Virus record (IMG/VR): IMGVR_UViG_3300020044_003358
Coordinates: 1 to 27,989 of that record
From: a virus
Lineage: Duplodnaviria > Caudoviricetes
Strand: one strand, 5' to 3'
DNA length: 27,989 nt
In this document: positions 23,506-27,989 of the stretch, in pieces
How the letters are laid out: each line of letters begins with the position of its first letter
Numbering within the stretch: the stretch's first letter is position 1
Position numbers and translations under genes: made by a program
The notes under the pieces: model-generated
Told to the model about the DNA's origin: nothing
The model's database searches: none
What the model saw: the letters and a program-made list of their open reading frames with translations, nothing else

Positions 23506-24345
23506 TTAGCGTTTTAGCCGAGCTACCAGTTTAGCTTTATCTTCTGCATTACGAGCAGCTATATATTCCGAAGTAGACATTTCAGCGTAGGATTTCGTGC
23601 CATTTACAGTACCTCCAGTCCCATTAATAGGTCGTATTGGTTTTGGAGCTGAACTTGTTCTAGCATCTTGCCTAACAATCGCTGCTAATCTCATACCTGC
23701 CTGTACAGGTGACATGTTAGAAATTTCATAGGCTACATCAAGGTTTCTACCTAATTGATAGGCTATATCAGGGCCATTTTCCATCCCTAATATAGCTTCT
23801 CTAATAGTTTGGTTCTGAGCTAATATCGGATCAGATGTAATTCTTTCAATAACAGAATCGTAATCTGCATATCTAACACGAGCAGCTGCTTCAGCGGTTT
23901 CCAATTTGGCTTGTGCAGCTTGTTGGGTTTGCAATCTTGCCCGTTGCTCATATTCCTGAGCGACAGCTTGTTTCGCCTCCATAACCGCAGATTCACGAGT
24001 ATATTGCATCATTGCATCCATATACCGAGGATCATACTGACCGCCAGCAAATTGTGATGGATCAGGTGGTGCTAATGATGGCGCTTGTTGCTCTTGAGCA
24101 GGAGAATACTGTCTAAGTATTTGCTCTTGCTGCTCAAGCATCTTTTCCAAACGTTCTGCTTGCCTTCTTGCTTCGTGCTTATCACGAGTTAATTCATCAA
24201 TCCGTTTCTTATACCAAGGGTCTTGTTTTTCGGAGGTAGGTTCTTCAATTGCCTCTACCTCCTCCTGATTACCCTCTGATTCAACTTCTTGTGATTCAAC
24301 TTCTTGAATCTCTACGGGTGTACTTTCGATTATTTCTTCGCTCAT
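23506..24345 (-). CDS. Capsid scaffolding protein
   Basis: Acidic N-terminus, KRIDELTRDKHEARR coiled coil, GPDIAYQLG, SSAPKPI, MSTSEYIAAR; lies between portal and coat. Confidence 0.85.
   Translation of the reverse strand: MSEEIIESTPVEIQEVESQEVESEGNQEEVEAIEEPTSEKQDPWYKKRIDELTRDKHEARRQAERLEKMLEQQEQILRQYSPAQEQQAPSLAPPDPSQFAGGQYDPRYMDAMMQYTRESAVMEAKQAVAQEYEQRARLQTQQAAQAKLETAEAAARVRYADYDSVIERITSDPILAQNQTIREAILGMENGPDIAYQLGRNLDVAYEISNMSPVQAGMRLAAIVRQDARTSSAPKPIRPINGTGGTVNGTKSYAEMSTSEYIAARNAEDKAKLVARLKR
24277..24306. repeat. Perfect 15-bp tandem duplication (QEVES x2) in the scaffold gene
   Basis: tgattcaacttcttg occurs twice in tandem. Confidence 0.85.
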
Positions 24346-26537
24346 TTCGTTTCTCCGGGTTTTGCTTCACTTGTTAATGCTGCAATATCAGGTTCCCTTC
24401 GCATAGCACCAGGTCTAATAGGCTGACCAGCAGGTGCTTGACCTTGTGGTGCGCCTTGAGGCATACCTTGAGGTTGTGGAGGTGGCTGAGTTGCCTGCAT
24501 TTCTAACTGTTCAAATTCTTGATTATTTTCTACTAGCTCTTGAGTTCCCATACCCATCATTAAGGTTAAATTTTCTCTGACAGCAGCTTGTAATTGCGTA
24601 TCTGTCATCATAATTTTACCTTCCACGTCCATGCGTTTAGTTTGGGCTTCAAACCATTCACGTTCCTGTTTTTGAAGTTCGATCATGCGTTGGTCACGAA
24701 GTTGAGTAATTTCTTGACTCATATGCTCCATTTGACCTGCTAATTCATCCATCATTTGCCGAGCTTGAAGGACTTGAGGATCAACTTTATCACCACTCTT
24801 AGCCACCGCTTGTATTTGCGGAGGTAGCATGGCTTGAAGTCGTTTGCTGATTTCTTCAGCTCCTGGCCAATCCATATTCTTTAACATCAAATCACCAATG
24901 ATATTAAATAATGATGGGTTTGCTTGAGTTAAAGTCAGCATCATTGTGGCTGCTTCATCACGTTTAGTTGCATATGAAGGGCCTGCATCGCAAACAACGT
25001 CATAACGTCCAATAGTCGGATTGAAAATTGAATCAATCGCAGTGTTTTCAGTATTAGCAGACGGAGTTTGAATGTTAGGGTTAAGTTGTACAGTTCTTGG
25101 CGTTCCATCTTCACCTAAAATTCGTGCAACTCTGGGTCTATCATAGACTTTCGGAATCATATCCAATACAACACGGCCAATTTGACGGACTGAACGTGAT
25201 AAATTGTCTTGATAATGGAAAGTGTTAATATCAGCTTGTTTTTGCCTCAATAATAAGGCTCTACCAGACGTTTCGTTAGATTGAGCGCCTAACGTAGGTT
25301 GGTAAATCCCCATGCTTTGCATGATGTCATTTTCAGCTAATTGAATAGCTTGCATGATCGCTGGGCTTGATTGTGGAGGCATTGCTCGTTGAGGTGAGCC
25401 AACAGGTGTTCCAGCTATTGATACAGGGTCATATTCGAGGTAGGCGACTGATTCTTTGTTTACCCTTCCCCAATTAGGGTCAGTTTCAAATTGCCCTGCT
25501 ACACCTATAAACGGAGCTTTAGGCGACAATGCAACATTTTCAGCATTAGCAGATAGATAATAGTTATACAACCGTTGAGCATCTTTAGCATTGCGAATCA
25601 ACCCTGATAAATAACGTCTACCTTGTAGCCATAGTTCATGACCGATGACTGGAACAATAGGAATATACTTCGTAGGAAGCTCACCACGCTCTAAAATAGT
25701 ATCGCCAGTAGCTTTACACCACATACAGCGTTTTTTATCAGCTATACGCACCTGTGATGGGTCTTGGGGATCAGTTATTTCTACTTCTTCATGCTCTATA
25801 TAATAGTATTCAGCAATACGAACGCTGTCTTTAGTGTACCAACCTTGAGCATCGCCATTACCTGCATCATCAAAATGCGTTTCATCAACGCCAGGATATA
25901 AACGTTCAAATTCATCTTTGGATATTTCTTCCGCTAAAATACACCATTCAGCATCAGAGCCATCTGGCGATTTGCTGTGCGGGTCCATGTAGACCTTAAA
26001 TGGATCAGGTATTCGGTCAATGTAAATTTCTTGATCGAAGCTGGAATCATCAGCCCAATCATTACGAATACGCACATAACCAATACCCATATCCACTTGC
26101 GATTCCACAGCAGTATCATAAGCCATACCAGCATTACTATTATCTTGAATATGGCGAATCAACCCTTGCAATACTTCCGCTGTTTCCTGATCGGCTTCAT
26201 CGTTGACTGGACGAATACGAATACTGGGAGTGTTCTGACGAATTTCATTAACCACTCGATCACGATACTGAAGCAATCGGTTAATCACCAACATTGGGCG
26301 TTCTTTACCTGGGCGATTACGGTCGTACTTTGCTGATTCAGGCCATTGATCGCCTAATCGTGCAAACCGAACGTCATCCAACATTTCTTGTCTATTTGTA
26401 GAAGTAAATTCCACTGCGGTACTAAACCGCTCGCGTATCTCACTTAGCGTATCTTCATCCATTTTTTCTTCGTCTGTTTCAGTATCCATACCAACACCAA
26501 ATGATTCCATTATTGAATCTGTATCTAAATTTGCCAT
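24342..26537 (-). CDS. Portal protein, P22 gp1-like
   Basis: GDQWP, RPMLVINRL, KYIPIVPVIG, GLIRNAKDAQRLYNY, SGRALLLRQ, GRYDVVCDAGPSYATKR, long C-terminal coiled coil. Confidence 0.95.
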   Translation of the reverse strand: MANLDTDSIMESFGVGMDTETDEEKMDEDTLSEIRERFSTAVEFTSTNRQEMLDDVRFARLGDQWPESAKYDRNRPGKERPMLVINRLLQYRDRVVNEIRQNTPSIRIRPVNDEADQETAEVLQGLIRHIQDNSNAGMAYDTAVESQVDMGIGYVRIRNDWADDSSFDQEIYIDRIPDPFKVYMDPHSKSPDGSDAEWCILAEEISKDEFERLYPGVDETHFDDAGNGDAQGWYTKDSVRIAEYYYIEHEEVEITDPQDPSQVRIADKKRCMWCKATGDTILERGELPTKYIPIVPVIGHELWLQGRRYLSGLIRNAKDAQRLYNYYLSANAENVALSPKAPFIGVAGQFETDPNWGRVNKESVAYLEYDPVSIAGTPVGSPQRAMPPQSSPAIMQAIQLAENDIMQSMGIYQPTLGAQSNETSGRALLLRQKQADINTFHYQDNLSRSVRQIGRVVLDMIPKVYDRPRVARILGEDGTPRTVQLNPNIQTPSANTENTAIDSIFNPTIGRYDVVCDAGPSYATKRDEAATMMLTLTQANPSLFNIIGDLMLKNMDWPGAEEISKRLQAMLPPQIQAVAKSGDKVDPQVLQARQMMDELAGQMEHMSQEITQLRDQRMIELQKQEREWFEAQTKRMDVEGKIMMTDTQLQAAVRENLTLMMGMGTQELVENNQEFEQLEMQATQPPPQPQGMPQGAPQGQAPAGQPIRPGAMRREPDIAALTSEAKPGETK

Positions 26538-26561
26538 GATTTTTCCTGAGCTATTAAAATG

Positions 26562-27917
26562 TTAAGCGCCCATCCAAGAAGAAGTGCTTCCCCCAGATGA
26601 ATTATAAGATCGATTTCCTCCTTCCCTATGCTCTCGCTGTTCCCTATGGGCTACCGGAAACGCAAAAGTAACCGCTAATGCGTCCGCTGCATCAGGTGAG
26701 GCTAAACCCCTAGACCGCATTTCTTTCTTACCTTCAAGAAAGATAGTCCCTGAAGAATTAGGTTTCTTCATAGGCCCTATTAAATCAGATTTCAATTGCC
26801 TATCCTCCTTAATACTGGCAGTTTTTAACCAATCCCTCATTGCGCCCCACATCTCAGCACGTTTATTGCCCCACATAATAGCATTAGTCGCCTTCCATCC
26901 AAAATTCACGCCCCTTACTTTATACCGTTGTTCAACTAAACGATCAAGAATACCATAGCCCAAACCACCTTCATCAATCACCGTCAAGGCAGGGCGATAC
27001 TGTTCAATCGCATCGATCACCCGTCCAACAATCGTCATGGTATCTTCACCGGAGTATCGCTTAATTGCTAATAAGTCACGTCCCTGCCTGACAATAATCA
27101 CCGTTGAGTCAGCCCCACCTCGTGCAGGATCGACACCAATAACAATAGGCGCAGTTGTATCTTTATATAATGGACGTTGAAACGCGTCTTCAATGAGGTC
27201 GGGTGATATGAACTGATCTTCACCTGCGGTGGGAAATTCACCGTACACCTCAACCCTTGCTTGGGAAGAATCTTCACCATACTCAGCAATAATCTGTTCA
27301 TAAACCTGTTTATCCGTATCCTCAACCGTTCTTGCGTCCACCATACGGCTTTTCCAGAACGCTCGTTTGCCATGAAAGCACTCAAAGAAATACCCTTCAT
27401 TCCGTCTAGGGTTGCTGAAAGCAAACCAATATCGATCAAGAATATTCTCGGTAAAGAATCCAGCTCCTACCGACCATATCTCATTAGGAATACCTGACGC
27501 TTCATCAAAGATTAACATCATTCCGTCATGATTGTGAACCCCTGCATAACTGTCAGGGTTCTCAGCACTCCATAACTTACCTTCAGCGCCCCAATATCGT
27601 GTACCTTTCTTCAGTTGCATTTCCACCAAGTTAGTCAGCCATGTAGCTGGGGTTATCTTAGTAGCAGACAGTTCAAACCAATGCGTGTTGATCGACATGG
27701 CATACCATCTTGACAGTTCACCCCAAGTGACGGACTTTAGCTGAGATTCTGAGTTAGCTGACACGATCACCGTTGAGCCTACTCGTGTTGTCAACATCCA
27801 CAATATTAGCCACGACACCAATGCGGACTTACCAATACCACGTCCAGATGACACTGCTGACCGCAGGGTGTTCATATCTACTTGGCCTTTATTCTCCTTA
27901 ATATGGTCGGCAATATC
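26562..27917 (-). CDS. terL: Terminase large subunit (5' end apparently missing)
   Basis: Walker A SSGRGIGKS, Walker B LIFDEASG, FSNP coupling motif, RNase H-like GVDPARGGAD...SPDAADALA. No credible start; the ORF-track TTG start at 27941 lies beyond the suspected junction. Confidence 0.93.
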   Translation of the reverse strand, partial: DIADHIKENKGQVDMNTLRSAVSSGRGIGKSALVSWLILWMLTTRVGSTVIVSANSESQLKSVTWGELSRWYAMSINTHWFELSATKITPATWLTNLVEMQLKKGTRYWGAEGKLWSAENPDSYAGVHNHDGMMLIFDEASGIPNEIWSVGAGFFTENILDRYWFAFSNPRRNEGYFFECFHGKRAFWKSRMVDARTVEDTDKQVYEQIIAEYGEDSSQARVEVYGEFPTAGEDQFISPDLIEDAFQRPLYKDTTAPIVIGVDPARGGADSTVIIVRQGRDLLAIKRYSGEDTMTIVGRVIDAIEQYRPALTVIDEGGLGYGILDRLVEQRYKVRGVNFGWKATNAIMWGNKRAEMWGAMRDWLKTASIKEDRQLKSDLIGPMKKPNSSGTIFLEGKKEMRSRGLASPDAADALAVTFAFPVAHREQREHREGGNRSYNSSGGSTSSWMGA

Positions 27918-27989
27918 CCATTTACGCCAAGAGAAGTGCAAGCCACCGAATGGCGCTTACAACAAATATATGATGCTGCCGCTCTAGGG
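27915..27989 (+). CDS. Fragment resembling the N-terminus of a terminase small subunit-like protein, inverted (partial)
   Basis: Open + frame IPFTPREVQATEWRLQQIYDAAALG runs to the window edge. Resembles, from recall, the 'ATExRLxxIYDAAxLG' protein found upstream of TerL in related phages. Confidence 0.5.
   Translation, partial: MPFTPREVQATEWRLQQIYDAAALG

Noticed and set aside
25934-27497. Alternative-frame and antisense ORFs within portal and TerL
   Set aside because: Fully overlap conserved core genes and show no recognisable motifs.
1-27989. Stop-codon reassignment, tRNA genes, integrase/att sites
   Set aside because: Genes are full-length and densely packed under the standard code, with TAA, TAG and TGA all used as stops. 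No tRNA-like or integrase sequence was seen.

Overview
About 28 kb of a tailed dsDNA phage genome (podovirus-type) with two convergent arms. The left arm (+ strand, 1-4879) holds the end of a probable VRR-NUC nuclease gene, a run of small accessory and regulatory ORFs, and an SNF2-type helicase. The right arm (- strand, 4880-27917) is a P22-like morphogenesis operon: TerL, portal, scaffold, coat, decoration protein, SGNH tailspike, gp4-like adaptor, gp10-like hub, long fibre with S74 chaperone, three ejection proteins, collar fibre, holin-like genes and GH24 lysozyme. Most notable: (1) a translationally coupled sulfotransferase-like plus 2OG-Fe(II) hydroxylase pair where P22 has gp14, a candidate virion-modification system; (2) a ~354-aa nested 'Russian-doll' domain insertion in the gp10-like hub; (3) a gp4-like adaptor fused to an attachment-like domain; (4) a coat gene apparently decoupled from scaffold by a terminator, promoter and switch-like leader; (5) a probable inversion or chimeric junction truncating TerL at the right edge. 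All family assignments come from motif recognition and synteny; no searches were run.
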